A stretch of 36,479 nt of DNA from Elusimicrobiota bacterium (GTDB lineage: Bacteria > Elusimicrobiota > Elusimicrobia > UBA1565 > UBA9628). A model generated the notes under the pieces. It saw only the letters and a program-made list of their open reading frames with translations, did not search any database and was not told the DNA's origin. Of the stretch, positions 1 to 15,000 are shown one piece after another. Both the position numbers and the translations under genes were made by a program. Position 1 is the stretch's first letter. Each line of letters opens with the position of its first letter. The stretch spans positions 1 through 36,479 of the forward strand of contig DAHVNA010000020.1 of NCBI GenBank assembly GCA_027319565.1, given 5' to 3'.

Positions 1-3000
1 ACGCCGGTCTATAGTTCGACCTCTTCGTTTACGGTGGGAAGCCCGGATTTGTGGCAATGGGATAACGCGATTTCGCCGACGAACTATTTGGTCAATAGCG
101 TCCAGTATTTAGTGCGGGCCTTTGGAGAGGATTCGGCGAATAATCAGACGATTGAAAATATCGGAAGTTTCACGTTTGATAATGAGGCGCCGATCGCGGG
201 AATTATTGTTCCCTCCAGCGGAGCGTTTTACAATTCGCTTCCGACGATTTCAGGAACGGCCACAGACAATGTGGGAATCGCGACGGTGACGATCTCAATT
301 GAAGATTTAACGACGGGGGTTTGTTACAGCACGGGATCTGGCAGTTTTGGCGGGGCGTGTCCGGATTATTTCCCCGTGGCGGGGAATTGCCAGAATGCGG
401 TTGGAAACCCGGCGAGCTGTTCCTGGAGTTATTCCAATATCCCCTGGAGCAACGAGCATCAGTATTTAGTGTTGTCAAAGGCGGAAGATCTGGCTTCAAA
501 CGTTCAAAATACCTTTGCGTTGGGAGTGAGTTCAAACGCATTTGTCTTTGACACGACCTTGCCCTTGGTCGGGCTTTCGACGCCTCCGGCTTCTATCCCC
601 GAGCCGCCGGGAAGTTTCCGCATGAGTTCGGTGTCTCCAATTTCCGGGACCGCTTCGGTTCCCGCGCCCGATCATTTGGCCTTGGTGCAGGTGTGCGTGC
701 AGCAATTGACCGGAGGTCTTGGCGATTTCTGGAATCCAGCGGTGGGGGCTTTTGATCAGACCAGCTGCGACTGGATGGCGGCGACGACGGCGAATTCTTG
801 GGTCAATTGGTCGACTATGACCGATATTCCCTGGATCAGCGGCGACCAATACGCGATCATCGCGCGCTCGGAAGACGAGGCGGGAAACTTCTCGGTTCCC
901 TATTCAACTTACAATATCGTCTTTGATAATACCCCGCCTATTACGGCTGTCGTCTTGCCGGCGAGCGGAACCTATGTTAACGCTTCCGGCATCGCTCAGA
1001 TTTATGGAACGATGCAGGATCAAACCCAGACCGGAGCCGACACCGGGACGGTGACGACAGTCGACATCGAAATTAACAATATCACTAACGACACGTGTTG
1101 GAATGGGACCTCGTTTCAGGCCCCGCCTTGCCCGGTTTTGGGCGGAGGCGCCATTGTCCCGGTCTATCAGTCCAGCTGGTCGCTAAACGCTGCATATGTG
1201 CCGCCGGTCGTGGATTTGATTTCAGGAGATTCCTATTATTTGACGACTTCGGGAACCGATAACGCTTATCCCGCAGGCAATGTCGAAGCCTATTCTTCAT
1301 CCATTAATTCTCAAGTCGTGGTAGACACGATCCCTCCGAACGGAGTCGTCACTTCTCCGACTAACGGAGCGGTCGTCGCCTCTTTGGCGACGATTACCGG
1401 AACCGCCCAGGATGTGGGCCCCAACCCCTCGGGAGTTTCCAACGCTTCTCAAATATCGGTCTCAATCGGTCAAGTAAGCCCCGGAAATGGATGCTGGAAC
1501 GGGACGATTACGGGAGGCACCTTTACCTTGTCGGGTTGCCCGATTTTTTATCCGATTACCAATAGTGGACTAGGCGGAACTTATTCCGCGGGATTCTGGA
1601 GCGTGAACGCTCCGCCGTTAACGACAAAATACACCTATCGCGTGTGGGTCCAGGTCACCGACAACGCCGGAAACGTCGAACCCTTGAGCGAGGTCTCATC
1701 GATGACCTTTACTTACGACACGACTGCTCCTGGAATCGCGATTACCGCGCCCGTGGGGCTCCCCGCCGTTGGAGGAAATCTCAATGCCATTACGACTTTG
1801 GCCGGAACCGCTTCTGATGAGTTTGGAATTTCATATGCCTCGGTCGCATTCCAAGAAGCCGATACCTTGATGTATTACAGCGGTGTCACTTCTACGTTCT
1901 CATCGACGACTCCTGTTTGGTTTAACGCGCCGGTGACGGGAACAGCCCCCAATTTTAGTTGGATTAGCTCTACCTGGCCGGCCATCGCCCCGACGACGGG
2001 ACGCAAATATAATATTTATGCCGAGGCCGCCAATTTATCCGGTGTTGTGACCACTCCCGTTTCGATTACAATCGAGTGGGACACCACTCCTCCCTTGTCG
2101 GCTCCCACTTTCCCGGCGAATATTTCCTACGTGAACAATATTAGCTCTATTACCGGGACGGCCCAGGATCCGGGAACTTCTCCTTCGGGAGTGGCCGGAG
2201 TTCAGACCCAGATTGAATCCGTCAGCCAAAATTCCTGCTGGACCGGATCGGCCTTTACCGGAACCTGCGGCCTGACGGGCGCTTGGCTGAGCGGCGCTGT
2301 CTTGGGCGTTCCTGTAGGAGGAGTTTATCCCTGGACGGATACAACGAGCCTTCCGCCGTCGAACAATTCCGGAGGTTTTGCCAACGGCTCGCAATACCTG
2401 GTGACCTCTAGGGCTTTTGACTTGGCGACCAACACCCAAACGGTGACCACCCAAAATAGCTTCTATTTCGATGCCTCGTCTCCGACCGCGGTCGTTCAAT
2501 TCCCGCTCCAGGACAAGTATTATAATTCCGTACCCAGTATCACGGGCACCGCTCAGGATAATTTGCCGGGAGATTTCAATGTCTTATTCCCTCGCGTTCG
2601 CATTTATGATATCAGCTTGGCCGAGGCCTGGGATTCCTTGGATAATAAATTTGATCTGCCGGAGACCTCTACTTCGGCTTGGAATGTCGCGAGTTCCTCT
2701 TCTTCGACCGGTGCGCCCTTCAATTGGGCTTTTAATACTTCAGGCATTAATTGGCAGCCCAGAGACTGGGCGACGGGATCGGGATACCGCATAGATGTTT
2801 GGGTCTTAGACGATGCCGGAAACTATACCGTTACCTCAACTACCTTTGGGTTTACCAACGTTCCGCCCAGTTCCTTGGTGACCTTCCCGTCTCCCAACGG
2901 TGTGTGGTTTGATTCGATGAGCGTGATCGACGGCACCGCTCTGGACAACTACGCTCCGATTACGAATGTGTCGCTTGAGATGTGGTATTCCACCAACGGC

Positions 3001-6000
3001 GTCACCAATTATTGGGAGACGGTTTTGCCGCACTGGACGACGACCCCCGGGTTTGTGCCGCTCAATGTCACCGGGGCGGAAGGTTCGGCGATTGCCTGGA
3101 ACTATACGGGGGTTGATTTTAACGATCCCACTTCAAATAATTTCTCTTGGCATGGCGGCGCCGGAAATCTCCCACCTGACGGGATGACTTTCAATTTGAT
3201 TACCCAGGCCGTTGACGCGGCCGGAAATGTTCAAACTATTTATTCTACCGCGACGTTTAATTTCGACAATGTCCCGCCGACCTCGGGCCTTCAAAATCCG
3301 CCGCCCAACTCCGCTCAAAATTCTATTGGGGAACTCATCGGGACCGCGGCAGATGACGCCAGCGGAGTGAAGTCGGATGTCATCTCAATTTATCAATATG
3401 AGACAGCGAACTATTTTAACGGAACGGCGTTTAACTCTTCAAGCCAGATGTGGATTACGCCCAACGTCTATCCTTCTTCTTGGACCTATCTCAACGGCAG
3501 CCTCTCTTTTGTCAATGGCGATCACTACATTTTCTATTCTTCCGCGACCGATGTCGCGACCAATGTGCAAACGGCGGTGAGCGCTTCCGAAGTTCTCTTT
3601 GATACCGTGCCGCCGACCTCCAACGTCATTTCTCCTTCTAACGGCGCAACCGACGCCCAAGATGAGATTATTTCGGGCGCCGCTTCGGACCCGGGCTTTA
3701 CCAGCGGCATCTCCGGAACGGGCTCGGGAGTTTACCCAGGGACAACTCCCACTTGGCAGAAAGGCGCGATTCAAATCGCCGTCTTTTTAGATACCGCACC
3801 CTATGCCGAAACCTCCGGCCCCGTTGCTTATCCCGGCTGGGACTCAACCGGGTATTGGTGGAATGGATCTACCTGGGTTGCGGCCGGGTCAGTGTCCTCT
3901 CCGCCTGTTTGGGTCAACGCCACCTACGGTTCTGACGGATTAGGCGATTGGACCTATACCGGCCTTGTCTGTCCGAGCCCTAACCCGACCAATATTCCCT
4001 GCTGGCAGGACGGTCAACAGTATTATACCTGGTCGCGCTCAATTGACAATGCGGGCAATGTGGAGAACGTGATTAATAACGGGCCGCTTTTCTTTATCGC
4101 GGCTCCGGCGGTTGGTTTTAATGTGACGATTAGCTCAAATCCTTCGGTCGCGGGCTCCAACGGCTCTGAAATCAGCATGACGGTTGAAGCCATTGACGCC
4201 AACGGCAATCGTGCGAGCGGTTATCAGGGCAATGTGAGCTTTTATATTGATGGGGTTCCCGGCGGGCCTGAAGTGATGGGCGACAACGGAAATTACGCTC
4301 ATGATCTGGCTTACGGACTTCCTTCGGCCTATACCTTTACCTCGGGAGTGGGGGGCGACAACGGAATTCACACCTTTACCGATGTGTTAATCCGCAAAGC
4401 GGGAAATCGGCAGTTGCGCGTGGAACAATCGAACAATTCCTCTATCTTCGGAGTTTTGCCGATCACCGTTCAACCCGCGAGTCCCTATCAAGTCCAGGTC
4501 ATCGCCGATTATCCCTCGGGCCAGACGCCGGCCCCGGGAACCGCAAACGGAGTCAGCGGATCGCCCTCTTCTTTTACCGATGGAACTCCCGTTCCGTTTT
4601 TGGTTCAAGTTACCGATCAGTTCTGGAACTTGACGGTTTCAAGTTCGGTGAGCGTCAACTTGTTGAGTTCAGATCCTAATGATTATTGCGAGAACTCAAG
4701 CGCTCCCTTGGTTTTCACCGGCTCAACGACGGTCAATCATATTTTCGTGACCGCTGGAAATCAAACCCTGGCGGCTTCGGGAGCGGGAATCTATCCTAAT
4801 TCCGATAATCCTTCAACGACGGTTCCGATTGTCGGTCAGCCTGCCAGCCGCCTCTTGGCGGTTTTGCCGGGAGAGGCGCTCAATCAAGGAAAAGTTTGCG
4901 CTCAGCCCTTTGGAAAAACGGGAACCCCGAGCCCCATGGAGGCGGGACTGAAATTTGGAGCGACGGTTTATGGCGTAGATGCCTATTATAACGTAGACAC
5001 CTCGGGCAATTTTCAAGTGGCAGCCTCTCTGACCAATGATCCCTACGCTATAGAGCCGTCTTCTCAAAACCTGGTCAACGGGACGACGGAGTTTTTCTTT
5101 ACTCCCGTGGTCGCGGTTTCATCCGAAGGGATCATTGCCCAGGCGAGTTCTCTTCCGGCTGGGACGTCTTTCTATATCACGCCTAATGAGCCGCGGGCTT
5201 GGTGGAATACTCCGGTCAAACTCCAACTCATCGCCCAGGGGCAAGTCGCGGCTCCGGGGCTTGCCCCTTACACCGCCAATCCCACGACCGGCGGGCGTTC
5301 CGTCTCGACGCCGACGACCTTGACGGCGGGGGTGACCACTTATTTAACCGTTAACGTCGTCGATGCCTATTATAACGTTGTCGGTGGAGCGACGCCCTTT
5401 ATGCCTTCTCTGCCGGTTTCTTCTTATAACATCGTCGCTCAAATGAATTTCTTGGGCGATCCTAATATCCAGGGTCGCGGCTTTGAGCCGAATCCCTACC
5501 AGCTGTCCTTGGTCAATGGGACGACGCAATTCTCGGTGATTCCAGTCACGGAAAATCTCACTCCCGGCACCAGCATCCAAATCGTGGACACGGGACTGAC
5601 CGGCACCAATTATTTCGCCGATACGGTCAGTAGTATTCCGGTTCAGGCCAATTCCGCTATTGCGCTTCAGGTTTTAGTTCCGAGTCAACAGCCCGATCAA
5701 GGGACGGCGCTGGGTAAAACCGGTAATGCTGGGCCTTTGACGGCAGGGGTTTCTTACAATGTCGTTGTTCGGGCGGTGGATGAATTTAACAACTTGGCTA
5801 ATAGCGGTCGCCAGGTGGCTCTTTTAGCCAATGATCCATATGCCACGATTCCATCTCCCCAGCCCTTGGCCTCGGGACAGACGACATTCTCCGGATTTAT
5901 TCCCTCGATTGCGACCGGAAACTTGACGGTCGAGGCCTACGACGACAGCGGGAATACTCCCGCTCTCAGTTCCCAAACGGATTCTGGAATCACGGTGAAC

Positions 6001-9000
6001 CCTGGACCGGCTTCTCAGTTGGTCGTCGTTCCTCCGGGAGAAACTCTCTCCGGCGGCAAAACCACTCCTCCCGCGGGACTCACGGGAACGGTTTCGACCC
6101 AGACCGCGGGCGCGGCGTTCTCTGTCTCTATTTACGCGACCGATTCCCGCTACAACTGGGTAGACACTTATAATGCGACAGGTCTTTCCCTGACTTCTAA
6201 TGATCCCCTTGCGTCTAATTTGGGTTCATTTAATCTAACGAACGGTTCAGATGTGGTCAGCGGGATCACTCTCTACACTGCCGGAACGCGCTCAATTACC
6301 GCTTCGGGCGGAAGCCTCACGGCCAGTTCCTCGACCTTGACCGTAGCCCCCAATAGTCCGGTCAATCTTTTAGTCCTTTTGCCAACTGAAACCAGAACCC
6401 CGGGACTATCGGGTTCCACCGGACGCACGGGATCGCCCTTTACGGTTCAGGCGGGAAGTCCTTTTAACGCCGAGGTCGATATCACCGACGCTTTCTGGAA
6501 CCTAGAGCCTGGAACCAGTCAACAAGTCGAGCTTGAGGCCTCAAACCCATTTGGCACCGTCACTCCCTCTTCAGCCGTCATTGTCAGTTCCGGAATTTTC
6601 TCGGTGACCTTAAGAAGCGCGACCACCCAGACCTTGTACGCCCAGATGGTTCAATCGCCTCCGCCTTGGGGGCCGGCATTGGCCGTCGATACCAGCTCTA
6701 TCGTGAACGTCACTCCGGCCCCGGCAAAGAGTCTTTTAATTGTCTTGCCGGGAGAGAGTTTTGATCAGGGGTCTCCCACGGGAAAAAGCGGAACGCCTCA
6801 ACCGCAGACGGCGGGAACGGCTTTCAACGTCACGGTCGGGGTGGTTGATCAATACTTTAACCTGGTGCCGGGTTATTCCGACGTGGTTCAGGTCAACACT
6901 CCGCTTGACCCATATGCCCCGGCGGTTGCCACCGCGCCCATCAATACCGCCTTTGGCTACACTAATCCGCCGATGTCGGCGACCTTGCTCATGGCGACCA
7001 CCGGAGACTATTTGTCGGCCGATGATTTTAGCGCTTCGGGTTTAAGCCCCGATCCGCAATCTTCTACCTTTACTCTGACCGCGGCCCAGGCCATGGGAAT
7101 TCAACTGGTGATGCCGGGAGAGACCGCTTTGCCGGGATCCGGCAATTATCCCAATGGCGGTATGGCGGGAGCGATTTCGACGGCGACCGCGGGTTCCTCT
7201 CAAGCGGGCGTTCCATATGTGGCTACGGTCAATCTCGTGGATAAATATATGAACGTGGTTGGAAGCGCGGGGCAATGCCCTCCTGTCATCGTTCAAACCA
7301 ACGATCTCTATGCGGTTCAGGTGGGAACGATTCCCTTGGCCAATGGCGGGAGTTTGCCGGTGCCTCTTAATTTCGTGACGAAATCAACTCAAGCCCAGGT
7401 CCAGGTGGGAATTGGAGTTGACCCTGCGGTGTGTCCGACCAATGCGGTGTGTCCGGCCAATGCCGGGAGCGTTTGCTTGGCGGAATTTCCCGCGGCTGAG
7501 ACTCCTCTCTTTCAAGTTTTTGCATCGACTGCGGTCGCCATGAAGGTGATCTTGCCGGGTCAAAGCTTGACACAGGGAAAATGTAATGTGAAGCCAGGAA
7601 TTGAATGCGCGCCGATTACCGGCGAACCCGGAGTGACCGGCAGCCCCGATCCGTTCCTCATTCAGGTTCCCGCGACCTCGATGATCGCCGACGTCTATTT
7701 AGTCGACGCCTATAATAATATCACGACCAATATTCCCGCAGGAAATTCTCAGCAAGACACCAATCCCCCGGCGACCATGCCGACAGTTCAGCTTTCTTTC
7801 CCATCCGATCCCTTGGCTTCTCCTCCGCCGTCTGAAACATTATCTTTGGGCAACTGGCCGTTCTCGATATCGCCCTTTACGGCCTTGTCGACCTATACCG
7901 TGGTCGCTTCGACGACTTCGACTTCAGTGGTCAGTTTCTCATCCGCGACTTCCGATTCTTTTATCGTTTGGCCGGGTCCTGCGGATTACCTTGAGTTTTC
8001 TAATTATCCTTCGACCATTTCCGCCGGGACTCCCTTTGCTCCAGACTTGGCGGTCTATGACAAGTATCGCAATCTCGTTTCCACCGGTCCTAACGGGTAT
8101 TCCGATACCGTGGAATATGAGGGAGAGACGTTTACCAATTCCATTCAAAACACCAGTTTTGTCCCGTCGTTTGTGACCTTTGATTCCGCAACCGATATGG
8201 GAATTATCGTCGATACCCCCAGTGTCACCCTGTTTAAGGCGGGACTGCGTTATATCGAGGCCTATGATCAGGCCAACACCAATATCAACACCAATGTATC
8301 GGGATATTCAAGCAATCCTGAAATTTACGTCAACCCCGGCCCGCCGGCGGCGGTGGCGGTTTCTCCTTCGGGACCCGTATCAGTGTCCGCTGGATCCTTG
8401 GTCCCCAATGCTCCGGGATATCAGAATATTACCGGGCAGGTCGTTGACGCCTACGGCAACACCTTAACGGCGGCGGCGACGGTTTATATCGCAATTGCGA
8501 CGGATTCCGTGACTTCCTTGGGCGTGGGAACGACAGGGTATTTAGCCCTTAACTACGGTTCCGGCTGGGTGGATGTCGGCGCCTCAACCGTTGTTTATAC
8601 TGATTCCAACGGCCAGGTGGGCGTCTCAACTCCAACGATCGCTTATTTTGTCAGCTCCCATGCCGGAGATTGGGCTCGAATTTGGGTGGGAACCGGAACC
8701 GTTCCGTCTAATATCAATCCCTTTATCACTCAACAGATTGATATTTCGGGAATTATCACTACGGTTGGTGGAACTCCGTCCCAGATTGTCTTTATCTCAA
8801 GCCAAACCCAGGCCTTTGCCGGTATTACTTCGCCGACTGGCGCGGGAGCTCTCTACACCTTGGAGCGGTTGGATGACTTTGGAAACGTCAGCGATGAAGG
8901 GAACACGACTTTAATTATGCAAATTCCCACGGCCCAAGAGACCATTCATACCAATGCCGGGTTCGCCTTGGGAACCAGCGGAACCGGCGGCGATTACGGA

Positions 9001-12000
9001 TTCATGGTTTTGTCCGGCGGCCAGCTTTTCTTTACTACTCAATGTTTTATTCCCAACGGGAGTTCGAGTTGTCAGGTCCAATATCATGACAAGATGAGCT
9101 CTTATTCTGGCCTCAATCCTGCTTCTAATACTGGGGCTAATGGCCGACCGGGATACTGGACCATCCAGGTCCTTTTGAGCGGGAGCCTTGCGGCCCAAGC
9201 CCAACTTCAGATGAATCCGGATGCGACTTATCAGATGGGCTTTGGAAATAATTATCAAGAAGAAACCGCAGGAACGGTTCTCTATAATTCCCAAAGCGTT
9301 CCTTTCTATGCCGAACTTCAAGATATTTTTGGAAACCCGACGGTGGCGACCGAGACAGTGGAGGTTCAGCTTTCAACAGTCACGAGACAGCCTTCCCCAT
9401 TTGACGACTTCGCCGGTTTCTCAGTTTCCAGCGCGGCTTTCCCCGCCTCGCGCTTAGGCGTGTCTCCGGCGTTTGCGTCTCCGACTTCGACGTTGACGAT
9501 TTCTCTCAATGAATACGAGACGACCTTCTATTATATGGATACCGAAGCTTCAACGGCCTACGCTTCTTCCGCGCCCGTCATTGGGCTGACCGCTCTTAAT
9601 TTACCGGGGCTCTTGACGGGAACTCAACCGGTGGATATTGTGGCCAACGATATCGACCATATCGCGATTACAACCTCGACTGCGGTTCAAATTTCAAGCG
9701 GGTCCATCGCGACTCTCCAAGCCGGAACGACATCACAGGAATTTTTCCTGATTACGCAAGACGTCTTCGACAATCCGTCTCCACTTTTATCTGGACAGGA
9801 CTATCATGGAACGGGATCAGCTCATTTTGAGCTTTCATCGGATTCTCCGGGACAAGTCTTTTTCTCGACCGCCCAGCCGGGAAATTTCTCGGTTCAGCCC
9901 ACGACTGAAACCATGATCCTGACGGCCTATGCGACCGGGTTTTACGTGATCGACGACACGGTCACGGTTTCGGGGTATCATCATCTGTACGCTACCGATC
10001 TCAATGGCGATGGATTTTTGACCGTTCCCTCCAGTTACAGCGTTCTTCCGGGCCCGACGGCGGGGATTGTTTTTGAAAATCCGTCTCGCCGATTAATTGC
10101 GGGAACGACTATTGAGTATTATCCAAGCTACGCGGTCGGAGCCCCGACGAATACCGTCATTTCCGCGGCCTTGGTCGATCAATTTGGCAATATCACGACT
10201 TCAACCAATACCTACACGATTCTCTACAGCGCGGATAACTCGAACGCCTGGATGGGAACCGATCCGACGGCGGTCATTCTCGCGACTAGCCCGTCCGGCT
10301 CTTGGAACAACGTCGGTCCCGGAGTGACCTTTGCAGTTTCTATTCCCGGAGGCTCGGGTTTAAGCGCCGCTCCGATTTATTTCTGGGACACGGTCGCGGG
10401 CACGACGACGGTCACCGCCCAGGCCACCTTGGGCGGAAGCAATGTATTTCCTCTCAGTTCACAACAGGAAATCATCACCCCGGGAACGGCCTATTACATC
10501 ACTCTCCACCATCCCTATGATATTTCCAATCCTCTAAAGGTCAATGTGCCCGGTCCGATTTCTACCACTGAAACTCTCCCCAATGGGACGACCGTTCAGT
10601 GGGGCGTCAACGCCCGCGATCTATTTGGAAACGTCGCGACCGGAGATTCAATTAATGGACAGTATTTTTCGGGAGAGGTCGATTTCTTTACCTCGGATTC
10701 CACTCAGAACGTCAATCTAATCGATCTTCTGCATGGAACGACCTACCATGATTTCGTTCCGACAGACGCCGGGGTCTATAACGATATGCAGGTGACCGAC
10801 AAGGTGGTGGAAGCCTTGCATGTCTCCGCGACTGATTTTGCCGCTATTCCTCCCATTTGGGGAGAGACTGAAGACGGCTCCAGAACCGATCTTTATACCT
10901 CTAACCCCATTGAGCGTTCGACCGGCGACATCTATACCGCCGGAGTCGTGGTTTTGCCTACGGATCTGGCCCCACAAAATCCGCTTCCGACCGCCAAGCA
11001 GCAGGCCGGAGTGACGTTAACTACGCTTGCCCAGGGAGATGGAACTACTCCTCAAAGTCCAAGCCCGGTCCCGATGATTCGCCTCGGTCTTGCCATTGAT
11101 CCCGGTGGAGTTCCTAGTTTGACGGCGCAATTGTCCGAGATGAACGTGTTCGCCAACTCCGCCGGCAACCTCAACAACGATCATATCACTCAAGTTGGGT
11201 TTTACCAGGATACCGATAAAACCGGAGTTTTTGACCCGGTCAATGATTTATTGATTGCCAGCGGCACCTATGACACAACCGTCAATGGCTGGCATTTCGG
11301 AGATCCCGCTTTTAGCGAGATTCCCATGGATCAGTCTCAGCCCGCTGCGACCACTTTAACGGCGGCCGAACAATATTTCTTTGTCACCATTCGTATCGCC
11401 TCTTCCGGATATACCACCGGCGAGCTGCCGGCCTCTTTTGGAATGGATATCGTCGGCCCCTCGGATATTATTTTGACTTCGACGAGCACCGTGGGAATGG
11501 CCATTAACAATTTCCCGATTTATACGACGACTTCAACCGTTTTGCCGGGAGAGCCCGATATCTTCGTTGAGGGACAATCCATCAACGCCTATTGGCAACC
11601 CTCCGGCGCGCCGTCGCCATCGACATTTACATATGTCAATCAAGGCGTTCAAAATGTCGGAGTTCTCGCTCTTCAAATGTGGACCAATCTCTACACTGGG
11701 GTGATCAACACCCTTTTCGTCAACAACGCGGGGCTTGATTCCGATGTCAACGGAGTCAATCTTTATCTCTGCACGAACGCGAGCCTTCAGCCCATCAACC
11801 CTTGCCCCGGCTTTGCCCCGGCAATCGATCTTTTGGTGGCTTCCGCGACCTTTGTCAGCGGATCGGCGCAGCTAAACATCAGCGATCCTTCCGGGGTCGC
11901 CGGAACGATCGGGACCTCGACCAACACGTATTTCGTCGCTTATGATATCTCTCCAACGGCGGCTAATGGGGACGCCGAAGGGGCCAATATCACCAACGGT

Positions 12001-15000
12001 TCGGTGATTGCGCCTTCGGGAGCGGGGCTAGTTCAATCTTTCAGTCAAATTGTCTCGGCGACGGCAACGATTGTCGCGACCCCCAACGTCGTCAATTTGA
12101 CCGCGGTCAACGCCGCCGGCGGGCCCTCTGGAAACATCGAGCCCATTGCCGCCAGCGCGGTTCAAAATTCGACCAATGTCCCGGTGGTTAAATTCACTGT
12201 TCAGACCTATTCCGGCTCCGCCGCTTGGACCGGGCTTAAACTCGATCGCTGGCTTCCGTCGACGATGTTGAGCGGCAACGGCCAATATAACGCTTCAGAG
12301 GCGATGGTCAATAAAGCCTCCGATATCACTAATATCCGCATTTGGCTGGATGTTCCCAATAGCGGGCTCTTTAGCTCGACTTCCGACGTCATTGTCAGTC
12401 CCGTCTCCATCACCCATGTTTTTCCGACTACGACCTTGAGTCAAAGCTTGGGAGCGACCGATACGAGTCCTGAGACTATCGCGGTGGCGGACGCTTCCGC
12501 CATGTATTCCTTGGACAACCCCTTTGCCAATTCCCAGTCCAATGATCCAAATCCCGTCACCGGGCAAACCTTTGAGCGCTTGGTCATTAACGATGCCCAG
12601 ACTAATGAATTAGCAAAAGAAGTGGTTTATTGTTACGGAGTTAATTTCTCGACTTCCGTTTTTACCAATTGTTACCGCGCCCAGGAGGGAACCGCTGAAC
12701 TGGCTTTCTCTTCTGGAACGATCGTTTCGGGCCCCGCACGCCTTCCGATTCAAGGGACATTAGGGACTGGAAACCAGGCGCTCTCACCGGTGGCGCAAAA
12801 TTTCTTCGTGACCTATGATCTCAGCCCTTTCGCGACGGTTTCAAGCCAAGCCTATGTGGGCGCGATTATCCCCTCTGTCAGCACGGTGAGCTTTATCGAT
12901 CTCAACGATTCTGCCGGCGGAGAAATCTCGCTTAATGATCCATCAGTTAATCTTTCGACGGTTTCATTGCCCGGTTGTTTGGGGCCAGGAACTAACGGGA
13001 CCATTTATGAGCCGAGCCCATATGATTCTCTGATCTTGCCAAGCACCAATTACTTTCAGATTGCCGCGCCTAAAACGGTGTGTCCAACGGGATGGGGAAT
13101 TGCGCCTATCGGAGAAACTTCAATTGTTAGGCTTCAGCAAGTTCTCCATTATCCGGATTTGGTCGACGTCATCGCGACCGACACTATTGACGGAAATATC
13201 AGCGGGTCTCCGTCCTTGGCTTTCCAGGCTAACTCCGAGTCTTTTGCCCAGCAAAATTCGACCGTCGCGGTCGCGGAGATGAACCTCAACACCTTTATTT
13301 CCGATGGTCAATTGCGTTGGATGGTCGTTTTTGCGACCGGATCGGCCACTTCCGGCGGCGTCATTACCCCCGATGTGGACATGGTTTCGGTTTGGTATGA
13401 CAAAAACGGCGATGGGGTGTTGGATCAGGGAGACGTTCTGTTGGGGACGGGAACTTTTGGAAATTATGGCGGGCTTCCTCTTGAGGCCCAGGTCAATATG
13501 TTTACCCCAATTGGAATCGTTCCCAATGCCTACGCCTCGCAGGCGCAAAGGTATTTCATCGCCTATCATATAACGTCCAATGCTCTCCCGATTAATCCCA
13601 TCACATTCCAACCGAGAACTTTGGGCGCGATGATTTTGCCGTCCACGGGCACTATCGGCTCTTTCCCCGAGGGGCAGCCGACTCCGCCGGATAATCCCGT
13701 TGAGAACTCAATTGTTCTTCCGGATTCATATGACCCCGCCTCTCCCTTGCCTTTTGCCTCTCAATTGCGACAGATCGTGGCGTCTCCGCAGACTCTTTAT
13801 GTTCAGGCGACTCCATATTTCTCCGATCAATTTGGGAATTCCTATCCCGCGCCTATCTTAGAAGAGGCGATTCCTCAAGAGGCGGCGGGAACTGTGGATA
13901 CCAGCTGGGTGATTACTTCGACCGCCGGGCTTCCGACACCGACTCCGGGAACCACCAGCTATGTCTTAGTCGACCAAGAAATTGTCAGTTATCAAGGCCT
14001 GGGCATACTCCTTTCCGGTCCCACGACGGGACCGGCTCTATTGGGAGTGACGCGCGGCTTGGTCAACACCCTGCCGGTGGCGCATTCTCCCGGAGCGGTC
14101 ATCGCCCCGACTTTGCAACAAGGAGTGAGTAATGCCGTGGCGCTGAGACTTGACGTCTGGTCTTCTGGAACGCAGATGGAATGGAACGGCGTGACCTTGA
14201 ACCGAATCATTCCGACCGGGCTTAACGGACAAGATTCCGATCTTTTGGATGTCAAGATGTGGGACACTTGCGCCAGCGGCGTTTCCTGCGTGGTCGGAGC
14301 TCCTTTTGCTCCAAGCGCGGATTTAAATATCGGAGAGTCCAGCATGGGAGCTCCGGATAATCCAACCGCGGAATCGGCTTTAAGCCTTTCAAATCAGGGG
14401 CAGCCCTTTGCCATGATTACGCCCTCAACCATTACCTTCTATGTCACGCTGGACGTTTCTCCCTCGGCCAGATTTACCTATCCGACCTTGGCCCCTTATA
14501 ACGAAGTGACCGGGGTCTTTGCTTCGACTGTCGCTTTCACTACCTTGCCGGCTGGAAACAGCAATTCAGTCTGCGCTGCGATAAACGGGGCTTGCAGCAA
14601 TCAATCTCAGGTGGCCTCTCCCGCCTTTGTCTTGGTCCCAACCATCAATACGGTCTCAATTAATCTCGCCCAGCTTTCGGGCCAAACGGTGGTTCAAAAT
14701 ACCGTCAATTATCCAATGTTGCGCCTTCAAATGCAGACTAATCAGAATAGCGCGATTATCACGGGCCTGACCTTGCAGCACATCACCGCCAACGGCGCCT
14801 TGGATTCCGATATCACCGCCATCAAGGTTTGGAGATCGACTGATGGAGTGGGGGCTTTCGACGCGGCGGATTCAAGCGAAACCGCGAGCGGAACTTACCC
14901 CAATATGATTTCGTTCGGCAACGATCTCTTCAGCTCGGGCACGGCCAGCATTATACTGAAAGATCCGATTTTAGTCAGCACCACTCCCTGGTATTATTTC